Part shown: positions 29,340-41,103 of the stretch, piece by piece
How the letters are laid out: every line of letters begins with the position of its first letter
Position numbering within the stretch: the first letter of the stretch is position 1
NCBI RefSeq assembly: GCF_009914755.1
Contig: NC_060935.1
Strand: one strand, 5' to 3'
From: the human T2T-CHM13v2.0 reference genome, Homo sapiens
DNA length: 64,000 bases
Made by a program: the position numbers and the translations under genes
Notes under the pieces: generated by a model
Told to the model about the DNA's origin: nothing
Databases searched by the model: none
The model's input: the letters and a program-made list of their open reading frames with translations, nothing else

Positions 29340-29790
29340 AAATCTTACAGCTGGAAGGAGCCTTCAAGGTCATCTCATCCAACCCCACATAGTTGGAGTC
29401 ATCTCTGTAGGGACTCCAACTGCCTCTCACTCTCCTTCTCCTCTTAAGAAGTTTCCCAGCCTCTGCTCAATGGCCTACATCCAGTGATCAGGAACTTGCC
29501 CAGGCCACCCTTGGTCAGCTTTAGCTGGAGAAAGCTCTTTCTTGCATGGAGCCCAAGGCTATCTATGTCCCTTTTGGCTTCTACACATGTCCTATTTCTG
29601 CCCATTAGAAATATGGAGAACAAGCATGTCCTCTCATGCACACACAGGCCCTCAGAAGATGGTTATAACACTCCCACCAGTCTTTTGGCCTCCAGACCAG
29701 ACATCTACATTTTCTTCAACCATCTTCAACAAGACATAGCATTTACCTCCCACCCCATCTTGATCACTGTCCACGCAATGTGCTGCCACT
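29340..29790 (-). mobile_element. L3/CR1 fragment
   Basis: gctggaaggagccttcaaggtcatctcatccaacc; ctttagctggagaaagctctttctt; ccagaccagacatctacattttcttcaacc. Confidence 0.65.
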
Positions 29791-29839
29791 GACAAGTTGT
29801 TCAGTGTACTGTACAAGACGGTCATTATTTGCTACAGTT

Positions 29840-29962
29840 TTCTCCTCTTTCCTCTCTCTCCTCTCTTTCTTCTCTCTCCTCTCCTCTCCCATCTCCTCCC
29901 CTCCCCTCCCCTCCTCTGTCTCTCTCTCTCTCTCTCTGTCTCTGTCTCCTTCTCTTTCTCCC
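29840..29962. repeat. CT-rich low-complexity polypyrimidine tract
   Basis: tctcctctttcctctctctcc...tctctttctccc. Confidence 0.9.
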
Positions 29963-31410
29963 AGGTTCATCACAAAGAAAAAGTTAGACCAGGTGCTGTA
30001 GCCTCATTCCCAGGTACTCCCATGGGCTCTGGCAGCCAACTTGTTAGTATCTCTATCAGGGGTGCAGCAGGCCCCCACCACCACCTTGCAGAGACTTTTG
30101 CTACCAGCCATTGCTAGAGGAGATGGGCACATACAAGCAGAACAGGTTACATTGCCAGGACTTGGCATGGACTCAGAAACTTCAGAACTCTTTGAGTATT
30201 GCTGTGGGACAATCTGCCCCTTTAATTCCACAGTACTACCTTCATCCACATACTACGGGCAGTCCAGGGCAAATAACAACTTCCATGCCAACTGCCTCTA
30301 GAGCTGGAACTGCACACTTTATTTTCGAGGATATTTCTCTACTTCCCACCATAGGAGCTCTTCTGTGTTTTGGGGGGCCATAAGAGAAGCTGCAAAGACT
30401 TGGCCTAGAGGATGGGACAATATCCTGGACTACATGCTGGGATGCTGAGACTCATGGCAAAGCTATCTGATGACAGCTGTAGAAACTATCCTTTGCCCAG
30501 AGATTAAGAGTGGCAGGAAACTTCATCACCCAAACATTGTGGGAAACCCCTCAGATCTGAAGAGCATATCTTGAAGTTCAGCCTGAACCCACACATGTGG
30601 CTCGCTCCTGCTCCCCACAGTTACACAATCAGCCTGCCTGACTGCCCACGAGGCTGGAAGCACCGGAAGAGCAAACTGTACTCCTTCTGCAGCCTGGCTG
30701 TGACATCACACCAGTTCTGAGGATACATGCAGGGGATGCCAGGGGCAGCTCCTGGGCAGGAGGGCCCTGGGACCGCTGCCTGCCTCACAAATTTTATATG
30801 CCATCTAAGACCTGTCCCCAAGGCCTTACAGTCAATTAGGGGACACATCACACCCTGGTGGTGGAGAGTTCAGTCATACAACAGGCAGCAGAGATGGGGT
30901 ATAGGCCATCCAGGGAGTTAACCACACAGGAAAGGCTAGAGGAGGAATCTTGTAGAGAAAGTGAACTCTCCCAGGAATATAAAAGTGGGCGGTCTGGTGG
31001 ATCTCTGAAGCCAATACATCCGTTCTAGCAATTCCTCTGATGCTGGCCTGGATAGGGCTGTAACAGCAAACACCCACTGGATGGTACCCTCAGGTCCATG
31101 CACCCACCTTCCCCACACCTCTGGCCCAGCCAGCCCACCCCAGCTCCAGGCCTAGAGGCCGGGGAACATTGTAAAAGGAGGACCAGCCCTCTTCATGAGC
31201 CTTAGTCTCCCTTTCTGCAGCTTCCCTTCTGCACTCCCAGGCTCCCCTCTCACTCTATCCTCCTGCTTATCCCCCATCTACAAGCACTCACAAAGGGACC
31301 TGGCAAAGCTCATTCACAGCTACACATTGCCTTTTAAAACACAGATGCATTAAACTAAGGGAATAAACATTCAAACCTTGGAATCTTACATATCAAGACA
31401 TGGGTAGGGT

Positions 31411-31704
31411 GGCCGGGTGTGGTGGCTCACGCCTGTACTCCCAGCAATCTGGGAGGCCAAGGCAGGTGGATCATCTGAGGTCAGGAATTCGAGACCAGCC
31501 TGGCCAACATGACAAAACCCTATCTCTACTAAAAATACAAAACTTAGCCAGGAGCGGTGGTGCGTGCCTGTAATCCCAGCTGCCAGGGAGGCTGAGGCAG
31601 GAGAATCACTGGAACCCAGGAGGCGGAGCCTGCAGTGAGCTGAGATCATGCAACTGTACTCCAGCCTGGGCAACACAGCAAGACTCTGACTCAAAGGAAA
31701 AAAA
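31411..31704 (+). mobile_element. AluSx-like element, full length
   Basis: TSD aagacatgggtaggg at 31395-31409 and 31705-31719. Confidence 0.96.
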
Positions 31705-34700
31705 AAGACATGGGTAGGGAAAGTATTTCCGGTTCAGGAAGTGGGAGGAGATGCTTCCAAGATTCTACAGTCCCACTGCCGGTAGGGCCTCCCCTGGTTC
31801 CCATGAGGCTCTCTTCTGGGGCTGGGAATCTCGTCAAAGAACAGCAGGCACCCACTGAGATCCCTTTTCCCTATTCACAGTGTGACTTGTGGGCCAGTAT
31901 CCACACTCAACCATAGATATCCCTGACTAGATCCCACCCCAGCCAAACCATGGGTTCACCATGTGACCAGGGGAAGGTCTCTTCCCCTCCTTGGCTTGGT
32001 TTTCTCCACAGTAAAATAAGAGGCTTGAACTAGATGGTTCCTAAAGCCATTTCCTCTCTGCCCTTCTGGTTGCCTGGGTCTCTATGCCACAGCTGACACT
32101 CCCTTATTGGGAGGAAATGTTGTCCTCATCTTCCCCCACACCGTCTCTCCCTGGTGACCTACATTCCCACCCTCAACAGAAAAGAAGATTCACAAAACAT
32201 GTGCTTAAAGGCTCGGCTTTTTTTCAGGCCCTTTCTTTGCAGGCACTTGGGAGACACCGGTGGAACAAGAACTGGGAAGTAGGAAGAAAATCTCTTTAAT
32301 ATCACTAATAGATCAATTTGGTATTTTCCTCCTGGCATAGGATGAGGAGCGGGGAAAGGAAGTCCCAGAGGTTGAACTTGATGCCCTAACCCAATTAGAT
32401 CCTAATTTGAACAAACATCCAGTCCTGAGTTCACTCCAGCACAAGATACATAGACAGAGAGAGGCCAGGGTCACGCTTCCTTTCTTGCCAGGCTAGGGTG
32501 CACCATCATTTCCCAAGAGGGTTGGCAAAGGGGTTCAAGCTTCATACAAGGGGCTGGACTCACTCACCACTAGGGACCCTTTCAGTCCTGGCATCCTATG
32601 AGAAGTGGGGCCCAGGTGGTCATTTCCCCAGGCCATTTTCTTGAAGTAGCTGCAATGCCCGCCTTATCTGTCCTGGCTTGGAGACCTCTGCCAGCCAAGG
32701 GCCCAGTTTCCAAGGCTGGATGGCCATGTGGGTCACTGTCAGCATCACCACCACCCTCTACCACCCACCCCTCTGTGCACACACTGGCAGATTCCTATTT
32801 ATGGACCTGGGAGAGGCAAGCAGATCGGGAAACAGCCATTTCTATGCTAACTGCCCACATGTGGCCTGAGGGTTGAAAAATGAATCAGTGAAACTGCTCA
32901 GAAATCAGGAGAGCTGGAGTTCCTCAGCCCTGAAGGAGCCTGGGCCACCTGGGTCTGACCTGAATTTGAGCCCTGGCCCCGGACGATGAGGGCCCTTCCA
33001 GCTGGGGGAAGGACTGCCAGCCCTGGAAGCCAGCGGCCACTGTGACTGCACTTGGAACACTGCTGTGCCCAAGACTGGAAAAGCACTTGACCCCCTTAGC
33101 ACAGTCACAACGGCACACAGCCAGCCTGCCCTTGCCTTCTCCTTGTCAAAACTGACTCTCCTAGAGGAGAAAGCCATGCCCAATGGAAGAAGTAAACCCA
33201 GGTCTCCGGAGATGGGGCTCTTCTAACTGTGCCACCATATCACCTGGGTTATGCCCCTCTCTGGGCCTCAGTTGCCCCATAAGGGGGTTAACCTATACAA
33301 CCCCAAAGCTCTTTCAACAGGATGTCCTCCTAGCAGGCGATCTGATAGGCTCATTTACAGTGAGGTACCCCTCAGCGATAAAGCTGAAGTATTTCCTCTC
33401 CAAACTCAGCTCTCTTCTAACAGGGAGAAGAAACTCTGCCAGAAGCATTAAGGGACAATGACAAACTTCAGGTGGAAGCTCGATCCAGCTGGTGTACCCT
33501 CTTGAGACAGAGAAAAGAGGTGAGAGATGTCTTCTGATAAGGGTGAAAGGTTTGACCTACAGTAGAAACTGCCACCTCACGATTTGGCTGAGTCCCTCCC
33601 CAAAATAGGCAGGAAGAGGGAGGCAGTCATCAGCCTTGGCCCCAACACTCCTGTGGGCAAGTTCAGGAAGGGGCAGGTGTCCCCAGATGCCCCCACTGCC
33701 CACTGAGCATCAACCCTGCTGCTGGACTGTCCACTGCGGACTAAGGGGCTGGCTACTCCCTGCCAATGCCATGGCTGTGGGGGCGGGATTTCCTACAAAT
33801 CACCCTGTATACAAGAGACACTGGATTAAAATAAACACCAAGGGCAGACTTACAGGATGGAAGCTAAAAACAGTAGCTGTAACCCAGAGGAAGGGGCTGG
33901 CACAACTAGGGGGAAGCAAAACCTACCCATTTGCTTCAGTGATTAGGAAAAAGGAGCTTGGGTTGATTACATGTGGCATATGAATATCTGGTCTTTTCCA
34001 ATACTTCTGGCTAAACCACCTGGTGGCCCTGCCCAGCACCTAGTTAATCATACATGGACTTCCCTCTCTCCATCTCCTCCTTGTCTCATGTAATAACATC
34101 CAGCATTAAGTCATTATCTTAACCTATATGTCAGAGACCCCAAATTTTGTCCATATGCCTTATCCCATTTAAATATTTTTGCATTTTACTAACAAGAAAA
34201 TTAGGGCTCAGAAAGATTAAAAGACTTAGGTGAGATCAGACACGCAACAATTGGATTTGAACCCAGGTCTCATCCAGACTTTACATCCAGAGCTCTTCCA
34301 CTGCATCAGAGCTGCTGAGCTGGACTGGGAGCAAGGTGGAGAGTGCCCACTTGTGAGCAGGCCTCAGTCAACTCCACCAGACAGGAGGGCAGCAGGGCCA
34401 GCACTGTTGGAGGCCCTGGAGCACGTGGCATGGCGGGGGAGTTTCCCCGCAAAATGGAGCAGGCGGCCAGCATGTTCATTACCCAACCTTATTCCATCTC
34501 ATAATAAATGGAGCCCCGGAGGGCCAGGCATGATGGGGTGGGGTGAGATGGGGAGCGAAGACTATTACGGGATTTTAACCTTCGTCTTCTCTTTCCGGGC
34601 CTCTGGAACAGCTGTTCCACAAAATGGATCTGTGCAGACAATCATTTTTGCTGCATTACTTAATATACAGTTGCTCTCGGCAAGAGATATAATTGACTTG

Positions 34701-35879
34701 CTTAACTAATCAATCTTTCTATAAGCATAGCTGCTTTTCCTCTCCCACTGGGGGAGGAAAGCAGGGGGAGAGGGAGAAAAAGAGAAATTGTGAGGAGCAA
34801 CCTTTGGCATGAATTACCGTGCTCTAACACCCAGCTGAGCTTTCCGAGCTGGGGGGCAAACATTACTGTAAAGCATTCCCATCAAGGTTTCTTCTTGGAC
34901 CAGATGTGGTCTGTGGTGGCCTGGGGTTAGCAGTCACCCAGCATGAAATAGGGGCACAAGGGCCAACAGAGGTCAAAGTGGGCTGTGGCCCAAACAATGC
35001 AAAAATCACTTTGGGTTGTCTTTGGAGTGACTTGTATATTTGGTAAGATGAATGTGTTCGATGACCAGGAACTTCCCATCTGTCAAGTCACGAAGCCATG
35101 GGCAAAACCTCACTTGGGCTGAGCAAGAAAATATCCATCTTCCCCCATATTTCACCCCTGACCCCCACCCACTTGACAGCTCAATCTCCCCATTTCTCTT
35201 TTTCTAGGGGATGAGCAGCATCCGTGTAACCCAGGAAACCCCTCCAAAGCAAAGGCCTCACACCCTTCACAGATCAGTTTCCTCATTTCTCCTCTTCTAG
35301 GGGATGACCAGTGTCAGGATCACCCAGGAAACCCCTTCAAAGCCAAAGCCTCTCTCTAACATATTCTGTGTCTGACTCACCCCTTCTCTCGATTCAAAAG
35401 AGGAAACTTAACACTCCTTCCTTTCTATCTCTAATCTCCATTGCCCTCCACACCTACACACACAGGCTCCCCAGGGCACTGTTGAATTTGGGGTTATCAT
35501 TCTAAATGCAGAGGAAATAAAGCCAGAGAATGAGTCACAAAGTAGAGAGGATGACTGAGTTAAAATGATGATGGTACCCAAATAGCTAGATGATGAAATC
35601 AAAAATGCCCCTCAGGGCCCATTCCCTACCCGCTCCCAGCACTCCTGACTTCAGATGTCATCATTATTTGTCTTTGTGCATCTCCCCAACTCCGGGGGGA
35701 GCTTTGTGAAAGCAAGGATTTTGACTTGAACATCTGTGCTTCCTCAGTGCCTAGCACTCTGCCTGAAATATAGTTAGGCATTCAATGTAGGATTAATATA
35801 GAATGATGAAGACAAAAATCACAAACATTTGTATTTCAAAAGAATGATTTCCTGCCACCCAGTGGGAAATCTTTCTCTA

Positions 35880-36955
35880 GAGAAGAGGCACAAGGCTCAT
35901 CTTCTGTCTCATTCAACATTTTTACCAATGGCATGGATGAAGTTTGAGACAGGATGATTACCTAATCTGCATATGACAAACTGGAGAGATTAATTGCATG
36001 GCAGACTAAGACTCTCGCTATTTCAGCAGGCTAGAATATGAGCCAAAATCACACAGATGAAATCTAGTAGTGTGAAGTATGAAGTCCTACATTTAGGTTC
36101 AAAGAATCAACTGGACAAGTCCAAGGTAAAGGAGTTCTAGCTTGGCAGAGATCTATGAGAAAAAGATCTTGGGGTCTGAGTTGACCACAAGCTCAATATG
36201 GTGGTACGGCTACTAAGAAGAGAAAGAAATCTTAAATGGGTACAATTAGAAGGAAGAAAAAAACAGCCTCTCTATAGTCTACCTTGGTTGGGCCCATCTG
36301 GACCACTGGGTTATGCTCTATCTCGTTTTAAAACAAACAGAGGAAAGTGACCAGGATACCTAGGGTTTAGAAACAGTGGCAAAGATGCAAAGTGTTCCAC
36401 TGAGAACAATTGACAGTTTCGAATATGAGATAGGCTGCCACTTGAAGGAGAGGGAAGCTGAGACCTACCTGGCAGTTTAGAGGTTTAAAAGATGTGCTTA
36501 GGAGCCAGGGTGCCTGTGTTCAAATCTAAGCTCTGCCATTTACTAGGGGGGTGACCTATGACAAGTTTCTTGACTTCTCTGTACCCCATTTTCCTCATCT
36601 ATAAAATAGCTATAATGCTCCTTATCTCCTGGGTTAAATGAGTTAACATATGCAAAGCTCTCCAAACAAAGAGAGGCACAAAGTAAACACCCACTGAATG
36701 ATGGCTATGACTAGGCTGTGACTCCACAAGGCTGACCAGGATGGAAGTGTAGAAGTTCCCAGAAGGCTTGTTTCAATGAAGCAAACTTCCTAACAATCAG
36801 AACTGCTCCCTGCATGGGATGGGGAGCCTGTGAGGTAGACAGCTGCTGGTCACTGGACCTGTCAAACAGGCTGGTCGCTGCGGACGGGGCCTCTGTACTG
36901 GGTGAAAGCCTGGACAAGATTTCACATAAGGTCTCTTTCAACTCTAAGTTTCTTG
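35880..36955 (+). mobile_element. L3/CR1 RT-3' region interrupted by a MIR (about 36475-36710)
   Basis: ttcaacatttttaccaatggcatggatga; aagtcctacatttaggttcaaagaatcaactg; aaaaagatcttggggtctgagttgaccacaagctcaatatg; aacttcctaacaatcagaactg. Confidence 0.78.
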
Positions 36956-39079
36956 AGGTCTTCAGAAAATCTCCTTGCCTTCCTTACCCCTTTGGGGACC
37001 TAGTCAATGTATTTCTTTTATATGGGAAATATAAGAATAGAGCATCAATGGGATTTCATAGTCTGCAGAGGGGCCTTTGAGCCCCCACATCCATCCATTG
37101 GAACAGATGATGCCTCGCCCCAGCAGAGCCTACAGTAAGAGTCGAGTCAGTCTGATGCTCCAAGTGCTCCCCTAGGAGGGAAGAAGCACCCTGCTGGTGA
37201 GCACCTGAACCCCACAGGTTGGGTCTTGGCCCCCCAGCAATAAGTGAGAACCAGAAAAGTCCAGGTACCTGGGGGGCAGCAAGGGGGGGACAGAAATGAG
37301 ATTTAATTACAAGAGCCACCAGGCTTGCTCCCCTGGGAACAGAGGCTTTACAGCCATGTCCAAGGGTGACATTTCAGTAGGTCCAGGGAAAAGGGTTTGC
37401 TTTCTTTTCATGCCTCTGCCTCCCAGAGCAGACAGCTGCCAGCGTTATTTCAGCAGAGAGGCTGCTTTGGCATGGCAGAGGCCCCATTAAGACTCTACCA
37501 GTGGGATGGGGGCAGGAAGGGTGGGGGGTCATGGATTGAATTACTGACCCAGGAAAGGGGGACTAGGTGGGAGTGGTCTGATGTCCTGGTGGCTGCAGTG
37601 AAGTTTTGTGCTAAGGAAACCCTACCTCGGATCCCACTCTCCATGGGCCTTGGCTTGGAATTAATAATAATGATTTTACCACTCTCTCCCAGGCTGACCT
37701 TGAACTAAGTTGTTTCATCTGTTTGAGACTCAGCTTCCATATCCATAAATGAAGGCCTGTGCTGGTCGCTCTCAAATGCCTCTTCCTGTTCAAACACAGT
37801 TTACCAAGAAACCTCACATCCTTGGGTTAACTCTCCCCCAGCCCAATGAGGCAGACAGGCCAAACTGTAGAGCTTACAGAAGGGGAAACTTTAACAGGGG
37901 TAAGCCACTTGACTAAATTCCCAGATCTAGGAAGCCAAAGAAGTGAGACTAGAGCCCAAGTCTGTTGGACTCCCAAAATGGGGCATTTTTTTGCAACTAC
38001 TTGCCCCTTCCTCACCTCACATAGGGCACCCTGCCCTCATGTCCCTGCCTCAAGTCCTATGCAGTCTCCTCTCTGATCAAAGTGTTATCCCACTCATGGT
38101 TAGCTAGGCAGAGGCAAGGAAGGGGACAGAGACTGGTGAGGGTCAGAGCCAGCCCCTCTAGTTCTTCAGACAGCAGTTGGAATATACCCTCCCTGGGAGG
38201 CAGCCTCCTGGCCCCCTTAAGAAGATCGATCGGGGTTTGATGCTGTGAGCGCACAGCCTTGTTTTGGCACATTAGCCATGAGCCTTTCTTGGCAAATGGA
38301 TGTGATTTTTATGGCATTGTTTATGGAGCTGAATTTTCAGATTGATCATCTTTTTTCTTTCCCAGGGCTCTTCTGGGAAGGAACAGAAACACAGCAGCTC
38401 CTCTCCCCCTGTGGGTGGGAAACTGCTCCCTGCACCTCTGAGACAGACAATGGCTCAGGTCCCTCCCCACCACAAGCTCCTCCACAGTTCCCCAGGAATG
38501 CCCAGGTAGAGCCCCAGAGCATCAGATGCCTCCCAATCCTCATCCAATTACTCCCCTGAAACTTAGAAGCCCGTGATCAGGAAAAACAAGACCACACAAA
38601 TAAAACCAAACCAAACAAACAAAAGAAAATCCAGTCCCTGGGCTATTTCATGTTGGCTGGGTCATCTGGGTTGTCTGCTATTCCAATCCTCCATGGAGCC
38701 ATTTATCTCCTGGTAATCTCTGAGCAGGTGTCTTCCCATCAAACCAACAGGTGCCAGCTCCCTTCCCTTTATTCAGTAACAGAGCAGCGACAAGCTTCCT
38801 CTTCCCCTCTGCCAGCCCCAGGTCTCACCTAAGGCTGCAAGCCCCACTCCAGGCTGTATTTGAAAAGGCCTGCCTATTATTCACACCTCAACCTGAGGCC
38901 CCCAGCATCTGGCCATCTGCTGTTCCTTGGTAAGAAACAGTGTGCCATCATCACCAGCAGAACCCCACCCCACTCTCATCCCAAACCACTAATCTCCCTT
39001 GGGGGCTCAGAGAGTGAGAGCAGACCTGAGAGATAACACAGTCCAACTGTCACCAATAACTACCTAGACTAGTGTATCT

Positions 39080-39335
39080 GCATCCTCTCCCAAACCTTGG
39101 CTCTTCATTTACACACAACAAGGAAGTGTTCTGAGGTCCAACATACGTTCCTCCTCTTATGGATTCATGAAGCATATTAATACCTGAAAGGCACCCAAAG
39201 TCCTACAGGGAAGCAACATCTTCTACTGTGTTTAACCCAAGGTTCTCCAAGCTTATTTCACCATGAATTCTTTTCTTTTTATAATGATTGCCATTTTGGA
39301 ACAAAGTTTCCATGGAATAATTTGGAAACTCTGGA
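39080..39335. mobile_element. MER103-like hAT element
   Basis: catattaatacctgaaaggcacccaaagtcctacag...tgtttaacccaaggttctccaagcttattt. Confidence 0.6.
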
Positions 39336-39907
39336 CTAGCTGATTCTCTGGGTGCCTTGCAAACCCTGACAGCTTATGATCCTATAAGCTAAACCTCTAC
39401 AATACTATTGAACATAGCCGAAGATAAGCACACAGCCTCTCTGGGCCCCTAAGGCATGCCTCTATGGTCAATCAAGCCCTGCCTATGGGGCCATTGAAGA
39501 TCTCTTCATTGCTGTTACCTACCAAAAGGGGAAAGGTTTCAAGGTCTACATCCCCGAATCTCAATTCTACCATTAATCTTTCTACCCACTGCTCCTACAG
39601 CAGCACAACTGCAATGGGCTCTTATGAGATGGATTTCAGTTCTATCTCTGCCACTTACAGGCCATGGGGTTTCTCTCAGGCAACTCATTGAAGTCCTCTG
39701 AGCCTTAGGGTGGTATGCATAGTTCTAAGATGGTTCCCAAGCTCTCCATTCCAAGTGTACCTCCCTACACAATACCCTCCCCTGGAGTGTGGAGTATCAC
39801 TCACATGATTAGATTACCAATTAGTTGACTTTGTGTTAATCAAAAGGGAGGTGGTCTTGGGTGGGTCTGACCTAATCAGGAGAGCTCTTTCTAAAAAGGT
39901 AGTCAGA

Positions 39908-40467
39908 CTCAGCAACTCCATAACTTGGTATCTACCCAAAGGAAAATAGATCAAACTGCCAAAAAGACACCTGCACTTACATGTTTATCACAGCACTAGT
40001 CACAATAGCAAAGACATGGAACCAACCTAGATGCCCAATAAGGGTGGATTGAATAAAGGAAATATGGTACATATACACTGTGGAGTACTATATAGCCATA
40101 AAAAGAACAAAATCATGTTCTTTGCAGCAAGATGGATGTAGCTGGAGGTCATTATCCTAAGTGAATTTTTGCAGAAATCAAAAACTAAATACCACATATT
40201 CCCACTTGTTAGCAGGAGCTAAACATTGGGTACACATGGACATAAGGATGGGAACGATAGATACTGGGGACTCCAATAGATACTGGGAACTCCACTTTGG
40301 GGGAAGGTAGGAAGGGGGCCATGGATTGCAAAACTGTCTATTGGGTACTATGTTCACTATTTGGGTGACGAGTTCAGTTGAAGCCTAAACCTCAGTATCA
40401 CACAATATATTCATGTAAACAAACCTGCACGTGCACCCCTGAATCTAAAATAAAATAAAACTTAAAA
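39908..40467 (+). mobile_element. 5'-truncated L1 (L1PB3/4-like)
   Basis: ORF2 end plus L1PB-type 3'UTR (tattgggtactatgttcactatttgggtga...aaacctcagtatcacacaatatattcatgtaa). Confidence 0.88.
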
Positions 40468-40565
40468 TTTCTAAACTGCCCAATTACTATATTTGCACAT
40501 CCATTTATGCAAACCTAGATGATTTTAAATTTTTTTTACTTAAAAAAATTAAAAGGTGGTCAGAG

Positions 40566-41103
40566 CCCAGCAATCCCATTACTGGGTATATATCGAAAGG
40601 AATATCAATCATTCTATTATAAAGATACATGCAGGCACATGTTCATTTGAGCAGTATTCACAATAGCGAAGACACAGAATCAACCCAAATGCCCATCAGT
40701 GATAGGCTGGATGAAGAAAATGTGGTGCATATACACCATGGAATACTATGCAGCAATGAAAAGGAACAAGATTATGTCCTTTGCAGGGACATGGATGGAG
40801 CTGGAAGCCATTATCCTCCGCAAACTAACACAGGAACAGAAAACCAAACACCACATGTTCTAACTCATAAGCGGGAGCTGAACAATGAGAACACATGGAC
40901 ACAGGGAGGGGAACAACACACACTGGGGCCTGTGGGTTGAGGGAAGGGGGAGGGAGAGCATCAGGAAAAATAGCTAATGCGTGATGGGCTTAATAATACT
41001 TAGGTGATGGGTTGATAGGTGCAGCAAACCACCATGGCACACGTTTACATATGTAATAAACCTGCACATCCTGCACATGTGCCCCGGAAGTTAAAATAAA
41101 ATA
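40566..41103 (+). mobile_element. 5'-truncated L1PA (about L1PA12-16)
   Basis: cccagcaatcccattactggg...ggagagcatcaggaaaaatagctaatgc...gcagcaaaccaccatggcacacgttta. Confidence 0.9.

Noticed and set aside
29940-29970. Strong-looking splice acceptor (ctcccag|gtt)
   Set aside because: The pyrimidine tract is a CT microsatellite and I found no convincing paired donor.
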